DNA of 64,000 nucleotides from Candidatus Hydrogenedentota bacterium (GTDB taxonomy: Bacteria > Hydrogenedentota > Hydrogenedentia > Hydrogenedentales > SLHB01). The stretch spans positions 160,001 to 224,000 of the forward strand of contig CAXXYE010000009.1 of the NCBI GenBank assembly GCA_963674865.2. The letters run 5' to 3'. Under the pieces are notes generated by a model. That model was not told the DNA's origin. It did not search any database and worked only from the letters and a program-made list of their open reading frames with translations. Positions 13,423 through 23,466 of this stretch are shown one piece after another. Position 1 is the first letter of the stretch. Each line of letters begins with the position of its first letter. The translations under genes were made by a program, and so were the position numbers.

Positions 13423-14285
13423 GGAAGTCTTCCCGGAACTTGGCAGTACCACGTCCGTTCCTCAAATGGGCCGGAGGGAAAGGTCAATTACTCGAGGAGT
13501 TGGCCGGCCGGGTGCAAGCGGCCCAGCCGTTCGGGCGATACCACGAACCGTTCGTCGGCGGCGGGGCACTCTTTTTCGGATTGACCCGCAGCGGCGCCCT
13601 GGAAGGAAGACAAGCCCATCTCTCCGACAATAACGCCCCCCTCGTCGAGGCCTACCAGGCCGTGAGAGACGACGTGGACGGCGTGATCGCGCTCCTCAAG
13701 AGGCACAAAAGGCGTCACTCAAAGGCACACTATTACCAAGTCCGGGCGAAAGTGCCTGACGCGCCCGTGGCGCGGGCGGCGCGGATCATCTATCTCAACC
13801 GCACCTGTTTCAACGGCCTGTACCGGGAAAACTCGCGCGGCGAGTTCAACGTCCCCTTGGGCAGGTACGAGAAGCCGGTGATCTGCGATGAGGAGAACCT
13901 CCGCGCCGTCGCGGCGGCGCTCAAGACGGCCACCATCGAGAACCGCCACTTCGCGAGCATCCTGGATCGCGCCGTCGAAGGCGACTTTGTCTACTTCGAT
14001 CCCCCCTACCACCCCGTCTCGCAAACGGCGTCGTTCACATCGTACGACAGGAATGGATTCGGCCCCGACGATCAGCGCCACCTCGCCGAAGTGGTGGCCG
14101 AACTCACTGAGAAGGGAATCAAGGTTCTGCTCTCGAATTCGATGACGGACTTCGTGAAGGAACTCTACAGCGATTTCACCATCGAGGAGGTCTTCGCGGC
14201 GCGTTCCGTCAATAGCCGGGCCGACCGCCGGGGCAAAATCAGCGAGGCCCTGGTGAGCAATTTCGCCCTCACGCCTTCCGATTAG
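13419..14285 (+). CDS. dam: DNA adenine methyltransferase (Dam/D12 class)
   Basis: PFLKWAGGK, EPFVGGGA, YLNRTCFNGLYREN, DPPY, LLSNS. Confidence 0.93.
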   Translation: MRKSSRNLAVPRPFLKWAGGKGQLLEELAGRVQAAQPFGRYHEPFVGGGALFFGLTRSGALEGRQAHLSDNNAPLVEAYQAVRDDVDGVIALLKRHKRRHSKAHYYQVRAKVPDAPVARAARIIYLNRTCFNGLYRENSRGEFNVPLGRYEKPVICDEENLRAVAAALKTATIENRHFASILDRAVEGDFVYFDPPYHPVSQTASFTSYDRNGFGPDDQRHLAEVVAELTEKGIKVLLSNSMTDFVKELYSDFTIEEVFAARSVNSRADRRGKISEALVSNFALTPSD

Positions 14286-14399
14286 AGCGGCAACAAGGCC
14301 TCGGAAAAGGCACAGCAAGTGGCTCACTACTGAATAACTTCCCGCCGCCGTGTGTTTCCGTTGGCATCACCTTTAGCGGGAGAACAAGGAGAAGGACAT

Positions 14400-14918
14400 A
14401 TGACGGAACGCACGGGAGAATTAACATTCCAGGGCAATCCGCTCACCGTGATTGGCGCGAAACTTGACGCAGGCGACAAGGCGCCGGATTTCAACTTGCT
14501 GGCCAATGACTTATCCCCGGTTCACCTGGCCGACAGCGCCGGGAAGGTCAGGCTCATCAGCGTCGTGCCCTCGCTGGACACAGGCGTATGCGACGCCCAG
14601 ACGCGGCGCTTCAATGAAGCCCTTAGCGCCCTCGGGGAGGGCGTCGTCGGCTATACCGTCAGCGCGGACCTCCCCTTCGCCCAGGCGCGCTGGTGCGGCG
14701 CGGCCGGCGTCGAGCGGATCGAGACGCTCTCCGACCACTTCGACATGGCCTTTGGCGACGCGTACGGCACGCATATCAAGGAACTTCGGCTCGAACAGCG
14801 CGCGGTGCTCGTCATCGACGGTGAGGGCGTGGTGCGCTACGTCGAATACGTTGCGGAAGTCACGGACCACCCGGACTACGAAGGGGCTCTGGCCGCCGTA
14901 GAGAAGCTGGCCGGCTAG
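14400..14918 (+). CDS. tpx: Thiol peroxidase (atypical 2-Cys peroxiredoxin)
   Basis: VPSLDTGVCDAQTRRFN, SADLPFAQARWCGA, HPDYE. GAAGGA RBS. Confidence 0.95.
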   Translation: MTERTGELTFQGNPLTVIGAKLDAGDKAPDFNLLANDLSPVHLADSAGKVRLISVVPSLDTGVCDAQTRRFNEALSALGEGVVGYTVSADLPFAQARWCGAAGVERIETLSDHFDMAFGDAYGTHIKELRLEQRAVLVIDGEGVVRYVEYVAEVTDHPDYEGALAAVEKLAG

Positions 14919-15022
14919 ACGCGCACGCGACCTCATCATTTGACGCGACGATTCCCCAGGCGTAGATTGTCTTCATCCTCTATCGCGATAGGCATCGGCC
15001 GATTTCTTTGGGGAGAAGCACC

Positions 15023-17827
15023 ATGCGGCTGTTCGTCGTCCTGTCCCTCGTCGCATCCATTTCCACCACGCTGTGGGCGCAACCGGATCGAGCAACACGC
15101 CCCGAACTCGAGCGGCTCCTCGATTCGAGCGTAGAAGCCTGGCGGTTCAAATTGGGGGAGACGCCCGGGGCGGAGGCTGCGGACTGCGACGACGCGGCCT
15201 GGGAGGTCGTGGATGTGGGCCACAAATGGTGGCCACACAACTCTACCTGCTGGTATCGGAAGCGTCTGACGATCCCCGAGAGGGTGAACGGTATTCCCGC
15301 CGCGGGGGCCACGCTCCGGCTCAAGGTCGCTATGGACAACGAGGCGAAGGCCTACGTCAACGGCAAGTTCAAGCAGCAGTTCACGTGGGACGACGGCGAT
15401 TTCGTCGTGGTGGAGAACGCCCGGCCCGGCGATACCGTCAGCGTGGCGCTATACGGCATCAACCGCCCCGGCTACGGCTCACTGTATCAGGCATACCTTG
15501 TGTCCAGCGCCAGCGGGCCGATGGTGGAGGCCATACGCGGCTTCCTCGAACAAGTGGACACGGCCCTGAGCGATGCGGCATTCGCCCCGCCGGAGAACGT
15601 GGCCCATTGGGAGCGGCGCGTCGCCGAAGCCATGGCCCGCATCGACATGAACGCCTACTACCGGGCCGATCACGGCGCGTTCGTGGCATCCGTCGAGCTC
15701 GCGCATGCGGCGCTCATGGGCGACCTCAAGGGACTCGACCGCCAACTCGCCCGGACCGGCCGCAAGCTGATGCGCCTCAAGCAGGAGATCGCCGAGGGGC
15801 GCGCCGAGGGCCTCCAGCTGGCCTACCAGGAAGCCGCCGCGCGCGTCGTCGAGAGTTTCCAAGACTACGTCCGAGAGGATGTGGCCGACCCGAATCCGCT
15901 CCATCGCATCCGGGGACTCAAGAATGCCCAGTACATCGAGCGGTTGTGTGGTACGACGCGTGACGAAGTCGCGGCCATTCGCGCCAACCCGGCCCTCGAG
16001 CGGCGGGTGCCGCTCTATAAGACGGGCGCATACACCATCGAAGACGGTGCTTTTTGGCAGAACAATCATCCCGTCTTCTTCACGGGGGTGGGCCACTTCG
16101 GGCAAGTCCATAAGGATACGCCCATCCTGACGCAGTACGGCCTGAACATCATCCAGATCGAGATGGGGCCCAACAGCGTCTTGACGGCCCCGGACACCGT
16201 CGACGTCGAGCCCATCGAGCAGCGGATTGTGGCCACGCTCGATGCGGCCGCGGCGCACAATGTGGCCGTAAACCTGCTGATCTCGCCGCATTACTTCCCA
16301 GAATGGGCCGTCGAGGCCGATCCGGAACACGCTGAGTGCGGGCACGGCTTCATCAAGTACTGCATCGAGGCCCCGAACGCGCGCCAAGTGCACGAGACGT
16401 ACCTGCGCACGCTCATGCCGCGCATCGCCCATCACCCGGCCTTGCACAGCATCTGCCTGAGCAACGAACCGCTCTACAAGGGCCAAAGCGTGTACGCACG
16501 GCCGAAGTGGCGCCAATGGCTGGTTGAGCGGCACGGCACCGTGCGCGCCATGAACGCGGTATACGACACCGACTTCCGCTCGTTCGCTGAGGTGCCCATG
16601 CCGGAAGATGATGCGAACTATGCGCTCTTCTTCGACTGGTGCCGGTTCAATCAGGACCGCTTTCTGGCGTTTCACGCCTTCCTGCGCGATATCATCCACG
16701 AATACGACCCGGATCTGCCCGTCCACGCCAAGGTGATGTCGCTGGCGTTCGGCGACCCGAGCCGGTTCGAAACGGGGATCAACCACGAGGATTTCAACCA
16801 CCTCGGCCGCATCACCGGCAATGACTGCTGGGTGGCCTACAAACAGGACAAGGAGAGCGAGTACATCGCAAGCTGGATCGTCGCGGCGACAAATTACCGG
16901 CTTCAGCGAAGCACACGGCCCGCCTTCCCGATCTTCAATTCAGAGGCGCACGTAATCCCCGATGGAGAAACCATTTATGTCTCTGACTCCTATATCCGGA
17001 ACGCCTATTGGATGCAGGCGCTGCACGGCCAAGGCGCCGCAACCACCTGGGTGTGGGAGCGCGGCCAAGAGGGCGACCTGGCCGGGAACATCCTGACGCG
17101 GCCGAACTGCGTACGCGCCCTCGGAACCATCGCCCTCGACCTGAACCGGCTCGGCCGTGAAGTCCTGACCTTGCAGCAGCAGCGTTCCGACCTGGCCATC
17201 TTCTACGCCTATTCCTCACTGCTCCCATCGTCGGATTTCGCCGACGAGGCCGAGAAGGCCTTCGAGGGCGCATATTTCACGGACACGCTGTGCGATTTCA
17301 TCACAGAGCGCCAAGCGGCCGGCGGCGGCCTCGCCGCGTATAAGGTGGTTGTCGTCCCCCGGGCCGCAAACGTCCCCGAACCGGTGTTCCGGACCTTTCA
17401 GGAGTACCTCGCCCAGGGGGGAACCGTCATGACGGTGGGCAACTGCTTCGCCCGCGACGAGTATGGCCGGCCGCGCGCGGAACGGCTCGTGGCAAGGGAC
17501 AATGGCCGCCTCGCCGCTTATCCCGACTCACTGACGCCGCGCGCCTACCGCGAGATCCTCAACGGATTGCTCGATGACGCGGGGGCCGAGCGCCGCGTTC
17601 GCGTGGCAGGCGAGCACGGCGAGCCGCTCTGGGGAATCAACCTGCGCACCGTGGAATGGAACGGCAAGCAGTTGGTCGCCCTGGCCAACTTCACGCGAGA
17701 CACGCAAACCGTCACACTCAAACCGCCCCGGCCGTTCACACGCGCCATGGACCTCTTCAACAACACCGAAGCGTCCTTCCCTCTGGCCGTTCCCCCGCTC
17801 GAACCGGTGCTCCTGGCCCTGGAATAG
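15023..17827 (+). CDS. Exported GH42-like beta-galactosidase with N-terminal sugar-binding domain
   Basis: Signal peptide and jelly-roll N-domain (WYRKRLTIP). HYFPEW, SNEP acid/base, FNSEAH nucleophile and a trimerisation-like C-terminus. Confidence 0.75.
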   Translation: MRLFVVLSLVASISTTLWAQPDRATRPELERLLDSSVEAWRFKLGETPGAEAADCDDAAWEVVDVGHKWWPHNSTCWYRKRLTIPERVNGIPAAGATLRLKVAMDNEAKAYVNGKFKQQFTWDDGDFVVVENARPGDTVSVALYGINRPGYGSLYQAYLVSSASGPMVEAIRGFLEQVDTALSDAAFAPPENVAHWERRVAEAMARIDMNAYYRADHGAFVASVELAHAALMGDLKGLDRQLARTGRKLMRLKQEIAEGRAEGLQLAYQEAAARVVESFQDYVREDVADPNPLHRIRGLKNAQYIERLCGTTRDEVAAIRANPALERRVPLYKTGAYTIEDGAFWQNNHPVFFTGVGHFGQVHKDTPILTQYGLNIIQIEMGPNSVLTAPDTVDVEPIEQRIVATLDAAAAHNVAVNLLISPHYFPEWAVEADPEHAECGHGFIKYCIEAPNARQVHETYLRTLMPRIAHHPALHSICLSNEPLYKGQSVYARPKWRQWLVERHGTVRAMNAVYDTDFRSFAEVPMPEDDANYALFFDWCRFNQDRFLAFHAFLRDIIHEYDPDLPVHAKVMSLAFGDPSRFETGINHEDFNHLGRITGNDCWVAYKQDKESEYIASWIVAATNYRLQRSTRPAFPIFNSEAHVIPDGETIYVSDSYIRNAYWMQALHGQGAATTWVWERGQEGDLAGNILTRPNCVRALGTIALDLNRLGREVLTLQQQRSDLAIFYAYSSLLPSSDFADEAEKAFEGAYFTDTLCDFITERQAAGGGLAAYKVVVVPRAANVPEPVFRTFQEYLAQGGTVMTVGNCFARDEYGRPRAERLVARDNGRLAAYPDSLTPRAYREILNGLLDDAGAERRVRVAGEHGEPLWGINLRTVEWNGKQLVALANFTRDTQTVTLKPPRPFTRAMDLFNNTEASFPLAVPPLEPVLLALE

Positions 17828-17869
17828 CGGCGAAACGGGCCCGTTCAAGAAACGGGACAGACCCGTCTT

Positions 17870-17886
17870 GTCCGCCTGCGGCGGAC
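17870..17886. repeat. Short GC palindrome GTCCGCC-TGC-GGCGGAC
   Basis: Perfect 7-bp stem ~40 bp after the GH42 stop. No U-tract. Confidence 0.45.
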
Positions 17887-18056
17887 TCGCTTGCGTCAGT
17901 CCCCCTCTCGCTGCGTTTCCCCGGCCGACCCTTCCCAACACGACAATCATCCGTCAGCGTGACGCACACCACTGGACTTTCTGCTACGCTACTCTAAGAA
18001 ACTCCCGCCTCACACGTCTTTATGAATGAAGCCGGTGGTACCCCGGGGAGAAAGGC

Positions 18057-18590
18057 ATGGCAGAAGTCGAAGACGCCCGCACGGCGTGGGTGGAGCGAGC
18101 ACTGGAACGTTATGAAAGGCCGCTCGTGGCGTATGCGCTGCGGCTAACGGGCAATCTCGAGCAGGCCCGCGACGTCGTCCAGGACACGTTCCTCCGGCTG
18201 TGCGCATCCGAACGCGAACGGGTCGACGACCACCTCGGCCCGTGGCTCTTCCACGTCTGCCGCAACCGGGCACTGGACGTGTTGAGAAAGGAGCATCGTA
18301 TGGATTCCTTGACGGACGCCCAGGCGGCTGTCGTTGCGAGCGCGCGGCCGGCCCCGTCCGCCATCGCGGAGCGGCGCGAAGCGACGGATCACGTCCTGGG
18401 AATACTCGACGAACTCCCCGCAAACCAGCAGGAAGTGATACGCCTCAAGTTTCAGCACGGCATGAGCTACAAGGAAATCAGCGAGATCACCGGCCATTCC
18501 GTGTCGAACGTAGGCTATCTCATCCACACCGGCATCAAGGCTATCCGCAGACAGATCCAGTCCACAACCGGCCTCCCGCAGGAGGCCTGA
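18057..18590 (+). CDS. ECF RNA polymerase sigma factor
   Basis: ARDVVQDTFLRL, WLFHVCRNRALD, LPANQQEVIRLKF..MSYKEIS. Confidence 0.93.
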   Translation: MAEVEDARTAWVERALERYERPLVAYALRLTGNLEQARDVVQDTFLRLCASERERVDDHLGPWLFHVCRNRALDVLRKEHRMDSLTDAQAAVVASARPAPSAIAERREATDHVLGILDELPANQQEVIRLKFQHGMSYKEISEITGHSVSNVGYLIHTGIKAIRRQIQSTTGLPQEA

Positions 18591-18600
18591 GGTATAGGCT

Positions 18601-21162
18601 ATGAGCACACCCATTCAACCTGACGATCCGCGGTTGACGGCCTATGCGCTCGGCGAACTCGATGAAGCCGGGCGCGCGGAGATCGAGGCGCAGTTGGCCG
18701 CCAGCGACGAAGCGCGCCGCGAGGTCGGCGCCATCACCGAGGCCGCTCATCTCTTGGAATCGGCCCTTCAAGCGGAATCATCCCCCGAACTCAGCGCATC
18801 GCGCCGTGACGCCATTCGCGCTCACGTGCAGACGCGCCGCCCCGCGAGACTTACCTTTCTCCGGCGGGCCGCCGTTTGGCTGGTGCTCGTAGGCGCGGCG
18901 ATCGCGGCGTTGGCCATCGTCACCCCCAACCTGATGCGAAGTCGCATGGCGGCGGACGAAGCAGACCTCTTGCTTGCGGAGCGCAGCTCCAGGGCGCTCT
19001 CAATCGTGCGCTCGAAGGATATGTCCGTGCCCGGCCAAGCTGGAGCCGGCGACACGCACGGCGGTGTGTTGTCCCGAACCGAGGCCGAGATCTACCAGGC
19101 CGCGCCCAGCAAGGCTGATCGGAGTTCCCTGGATATCAACGGCGACGGCGTGGATGAAGAGATACCTTATTATTCCAACGACGCCGGCCAAGCGGCTAAC
19201 CAGTCATACGCCCGCATGACAAATCGGATGAGGGGGGAGAATGCGCCCACGAAGGGCAACCTCCAGAACGTTGCCGTCGGCGGCGAGATCCGCATCATAC
19301 GACACGACAATCCTGAAGAGCGGCCGGCTCTGACGTGGGGGATGGGACTGTCGCGTGACGAAGAGGCTGCGCTGGAACCTCTCCCGAAGGAAGCAGTTGA
19401 GCAGTTGAGCTCCATCGGCTATTTCGCAGAGCCAAGCTCGACTAGTGAGCTCTCGGCCGGTGGCGATCTCGATGCACGTCGTACCGCGGGCGGCTACGGC
19501 GCAGGTATGGGCGGCGGAGGCGTGGGCGGCTACGGCGGGGGCATGGGCCTGAACCGCTCCGGCGAGCGCTGGGGCGAGGACCACCGAACCATGCTTGCCG
19601 CAGACGGGGTCGTGGAGAAGAGAGCTCTTGAGGAGCGGCAGGAGCGCGTCCCACTCTTAAGTTCCCTCGACGGCGAACTCCTGGCCAGGCGTGATGCCGT
19701 GCCAATGGAGACTGCCTCTCATCGGGAGGCCGGCGGCGTCGAGACGTACGAACTCATCGCGGACAATCCTTTCCTCCTCGCGGCGCAGCAGCCGCTGTCC
19801 ACGTTCTCGATTGACGTCGATACAGCGTCTTACGCCAACGTCCGGCGGTTCTTGACGCAAGGCAGCCTGCCGCCCAAGGAGGCCGTCCGCATCGAGGAAA
19901 TGATCAACTATTTCGACTATGACTACCCCGCGCCGGAGGGCGCGGACCCCTTCGCGGCACACATCGAGTTCGCCGCGTGCCCTTGGCGGCCCGAGCACCG
20001 GCTTGTGCGGATCGGGCTCAAAGGCCGCGAGATTCCCAACGACGACCGGCCCGCCTGCAACCTGGTCTTTCTGCTGGATGTATCCGGCTCGATGAAAGAT
20101 CCCAACAAGCTGCCCCTGCTCAAGCAAGCCATGCGGCTCCTGGTGCAAACGCTGGGCAAGGCCGACCGCGTCGCCCTCGTAACGTTCGCCAATGAGGCGC
20201 GGGTGGCCCTCTCTTCGACGACATGCGACGAGAAGCAGATCATCCTCGCGGCCATCGACAGCGTCAATGCGGACGGCGGCACCAACGGCGGCGCGGGCAT
20301 CGAACTCGCTTATGACCTCGCCGGCGAGAAAGGCCATTTCGTGCCGGGCGGCGTCAACCGCGTCATTCTGGCCACGGATGGCGACTTTAATGTGGGCACC
20401 CAGAGTCGCCCCGAACTTGTCAAGCTCATCGAAGATCGCGCGAAGTCCGGCGTGTTCTTTACGGCCCTAGGCTTCGGCGCCGGCAACCTCAAGGACGCCA
20501 ATTTGGAGGCGCTCGCCGACAAAGGCAACGGCAATTACGCCTATATCGACGGTTTCAACGAGGCGCGCAAAGTGCTCGTCGAGGAAATGACCGGCACGGT
20601 GATCGCCATCGCCAAGGACGTGAAGGCGCAGGTCGAGTTCAATCCGGGCGTGGTGAGCGCCTACCGGCTCATCGGCTATGAAAACCGCGTTTTGGCGGCG
20701 CGCGATTTCAATGACGACCGCAAAGACGCGGGCGAGATCGGCGCCGGCCACACCGTCACGGCGCTGTATGAGATCGTCCCCGTCGGCGTCGGCGGGACGG
20801 TGCCCGGCGTCGACAAACTCCGCTACCAGACGCCCCCGCCCGCGCCGGAGAATCTCGTCGAGAGCGCCGAGATGTTCACGCTGAAGCTCCGCTACAAGGC
20901 TCCCGACGGCGATACGAGCAAACTTATCGAATTCCCCGTGAGAGACACCGGCGGCGCCATCGAGGAGGCGTCCAGCGACTTCAGGTTCGCCGCAGCCGTG
21001 GCGGAGTTCGGCATGCTCCTGCGCGATTCCGACGCAAAAGGCAACGCCACCTACGACAGCGTCCTCGAACTGGCCACGGCCGGCAAAGGCCCCGACCCGC
21101 AAGGCTACCGGGCCGAGTTCCTGAACCTTGTCGCGGCGGCAAAAGCCATCAAGGCCAGATAA
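18601..21162 (+). CDS. Anti-sigma factor fused to YfbK-type vWA domain (vWF_A, VWA and DUF3520-like regions)
   Basis: N-terminal LTAYALGEL anti-sigma-like segment and a TM helix. STFSIDVDTASY, MIDAS DVSGSM, LATDGDFNVG, YRLIGYENR, DAGEIGAGH. Confidence 0.88.
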   Translation: MSTPIQPDDPRLTAYALGELDEAGRAEIEAQLAASDEARREVGAITEAAHLLESALQAESSPELSASRRDAIRAHVQTRRPARLTFLRRAAVWLVLVGAAIAALAIVTPNLMRSRMAADEADLLLAERSSRALSIVRSKDMSVPGQAGAGDTHGGVLSRTEAEIYQAAPSKADRSSLDINGDGVDEEIPYYSNDAGQAANQSYARMTNRMRGENAPTKGNLQNVAVGGEIRIIRHDNPEERPALTWGMGLSRDEEAALEPLPKEAVEQLSSIGYFAEPSSTSELSAGGDLDARRTAGGYGAGMGGGGVGGYGGGMGLNRSGERWGEDHRTMLAADGVVEKRALEERQERVPLLSSLDGELLARRDAVPMETASHREAGGVETYELIADNPFLLAAQQPLSTFSIDVDTASYANVRRFLTQGSLPPKEAVRIEEMINYFDYDYPAPEGADPFAAHIEFAACPWRPEHRLVRIGLKGREIPNDDRPACNLVFLLDVSGSMKDPNKLPLLKQAMRLLVQTLGKADRVALVTFANEARVALSSTTCDEKQIILAAIDSVNADGGTNGGAGIELAYDLAGEKGHFVPGGVNRVILATDGDFNVGTQSRPELVKLIEDRAKSGVFFTALGFGAGNLKDANLEALADKGNGNYAYIDGFNEARKVLVEEMTGTVIAIAKDVKAQVEFNPGVVSAYRLIGYENRVLAARDFNDDRKDAGEIGAGHTVTALYEIVPVGVGGTVPGVDKLRYQTPPPAPENLVESAEMFTLKLRYKAPDGDTSKLIEFPVRDTGGAIEEASSDFRFAAAVAEFGMLLRDSDAKGNATYDSVLELATAGKGPDPQGYRAEFLNLVAAAKAIKAR

Positions 21163-21406
21163 ACCGGAAACCCCCATTCCTCACCTCCCGCCGGCATCGG
21201 TAGGTCCTTGGCCTCACCGGCGCCGGCGGCGCGTTTACCAGTCGAGTACTGAATCCGGACGTCCGTCCATCGCGAACCGACTGGGCCGCGTCAGTTTCTG
21301 GCGTTTTCCCGTCTAATGCGGCGCCCTGAAGGGGATCGCGCCCCCCAGATATCATGCGGGAACGTGGCTTTCGTCCGCAGGTATGTACACAGCCCGCCAT
21401 GGCGAA

Positions 21407-21703
21407 AGCCCCGAACGAGGCGGCCGCATGTAGCCGTGGGTGAGCGCAGCGAACACACGGAAACCGGCCCAGGTCAGCGAAAGCCCCGAACGGGGCGGCC
21501 GCGACTACCCTCACCGCAAGAAGGATTTCAGGGAAAAATTCAGAGCGCTGCTGAAAGCTGACGGCCTCGATTTTCGACGAGGAGTACTCCTGGCTGTGAA
21601 GTGAGGGCGCTATCACCCCATTCGGGGCTGTTGATGAGGAGGTCCCGTGCCCGTGGGCTCGCTTCGCTCACCCACGGCTACACGCGAGCGCCCCGTTCGG
21701 GGC
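21407..21703. mobile_element. REP-flanked deletion derivative of an IS200/IS605 (RAYT-like) element
   Basis: Inverted repeats of ~90 bp (21407-21499 and 21613-21703), each with GCCCCGAACGGGGC-type hairpins and a GTAG-CCGTGGG...CACGG hairpin. They enclose a transposase C-terminal relic. Confidence 0.78.
21512..21599 (+). pseudogene. C-terminal fragment of IS200/IS605-family TnpA (Y1) transposase
   Basis: Reads HRKKDFREKFRALLKADGLDF. Removing one T continues it as DEEYSWL*, resembling the HHRKKTFQEEFRxLLxxHGIEFDERYLW tail of these transposases. The HUH/Tyr core is absent. Confidence 0.72.
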
Positions 21704-22095
21704 GCCGGAATGCTGAGTGTCCTTACGCGACGAGACAACCGAGGCGCCGTATCCGAGGCGCCTACGGGCGGCAAGGTTCAGGCGGGTCCGCGCGTGAGCC
21801 CACGTCAGATGATGCTTGGGCCTTCGCGCCAAGAGGGCGGAAATGAGCGTATTGCTGTCTTCAACCCGCTCTCCCCGCCCCCGTGAGCACTGCGATTCTT
21901 CGGGAAAAGGACATTGTAAGTGGACCTCTACAAGATACGCGCAAGGATTGGCCGAGAAACCACAGGGCCCAATTCTGTGACGCAGGTCCGAACCGGGCGC
22001 GGAACTTGGCAACCGCACGGACTTCTTTGTATAGTTGATTTCTGTCTTTCGATAAGTCCCGTGGCCTTCATGAATTCCGGAGGAAATTCGGCGAG

Positions 22096-23466
22096 ATGAA
22101 TATCAATCAACGCCTGAAACCGGCCCAGCTTCGGCCTGCGTTGGAGCGCTTTTTCGACCTGGCCGGCAAGAAGATCCTGAAACTGAACCGGGCGTGGGAC
22201 CCCGCGAAGGGGGCCCCCGTATTCACGCGCCGCGGCAAGTACACCGCGCGCGGCTGGACGGAGTGGACGCAGGGCTTCCAGTTCGGCTGCCAGATCCTGC
22301 AATTCGACGCCACGGGCGACGAACGATTCTTGGCCCTCGGCCGGGAGAACACGATCCGGTTCATGGCGCCCCACGTCAGCCACATCGGCGTGCATGACCA
22401 CGGATTCAACAACGTCTCGACCTACGGCAACCTACGCCGCCTTGCGCTCGAGGGCCGCACGGACGAGTCGCCCGATGCGCTGAACTTCTACGAACTCGCC
22501 CTGAAGGCCTCAGGCGCCGTCCAGGCCGCCCGCTGGTCGCGCCTCGCGGACGCCACCGGCTTCATTCACTCCTTCAATGGCCCGCATTCGCTGTTCAGCG
22601 ACACGATTCGCTCGTGCCGGGCGCTGATGGTAGCGCACAAGCTAGGCCACGTCCTCATGGGTGAGAACGACCGCAAGATCTCCCTGCTCGACCGCGCCGT
22701 CGAGCACGCCTTCAACACCGCGCGCTATAACGTCTACTACGGCGAGGGGCGCGATGCGTATGACATCCGCGGCCGCGTGGTTCACGAGAGCATCTTTAAC
22801 ATGACGGACGGCAACTACCGGTGCCCGAGCACACAGCAAGGCTACTCGCCTTTCTCCACGTGGACGCGCGGATTGGCCTGGGTCGTGCTGGGATACGCGG
22901 AAGAACTCGAATGCCTCAAGACAATTCCCGATGAGGATTTGACGCCCTTCGGCGGGCGCGCCGATGTCACGCGGATGATGCTCATGACCGCCGAGGCCAC
23001 CGCGGACTTCTACATCGCCAATACCCCCGTCGACGGCATTCCTTACTGGGACACCGGCGCCCCCGGCCTCGCCAATATGCCGCGTAATCTCAAGGAGAAA
23101 TCGAAGCCCGACAATCCCCACGAGCCGGTGGACAGCTCCGCCGCGGCCATCACGGCGCAAGGCCTGCTGCGCCTGGGGCGCTACCTCGGGACGCGCACCA
23201 AGAAGGGCAAGGCCTACTATCAGGCGGGCCTCACCGTCGCCAAGGCGCTCTTCGCATCGCCTTATCTGTCGGAGGACCCCGGCCACCACGGGCTGATTCT
23301 TCACTCCGTGTACCACCGGCCCAACGGCTGGGACTACATCCCGCGCGGCAAGAAAGTGCCCTTCGGCGAGTCCTCCATGTGGGGCGACTACCACGCCATG
23401 GAGTTGGCGGTGTACCTCCAGCGCGAGGCCGCCGGCGCGGAATACCTTACCTTCTGGGGAAGATAG
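22096..23466 (+). CDS. Glycoside hydrolase family 88-like (unsaturated glucuronyl hydrolase-like)
   Basis: WTQGF, HDHGF, STWTRGLAW, PYWD, DSSAAAI, WGDY. AGGA RBS. Confidence 0.82.
   Translation: MNINQRLKPAQLRPALERFFDLAGKKILKLNRAWDPAKGAPVFTRRGKYTARGWTEWTQGFQFGCQILQFDATGDERFLALGRENTIRFMAPHVSHIGVHDHGFNNVSTYGNLRRLALEGRTDESPDALNFYELALKASGAVQAARWSRLADATGFIHSFNGPHSLFSDTIRSCRALMVAHKLGHVLMGENDRKISLLDRAVEHAFNTARYNVYYGEGRDAYDIRGRVVHESIFNMTDGNYRCPSTQQGYSPFSTWTRGLAWVVLGYAEELECLKTIPDEDLTPFGGRADVTRMMLMTAEATADFYIANTPVDGIPYWDTGAPGLANMPRNLKEKSKPDNPHEPVDSSAAAITAQGLLRLGRYLGTRTKKGKAYYQAGLTVAKALFASPYLSEDPGHHGLILHSVYHRPNGWDYIPRGKKVPFGESSMWGDYHAMELAVYLQREAAGAEYLTFWGR

Noticed and set aside
21400..21710. CRISPR array
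   Set aside because: The repeats are inverted, few and not regularly spaced, and there are no cas genes.
21149..22018. Several short ORFs between the vWA gene and GH88
   Set aside because: They are readings through REP hairpins and the antisense strand of the transposase relic, with no protein-like features.
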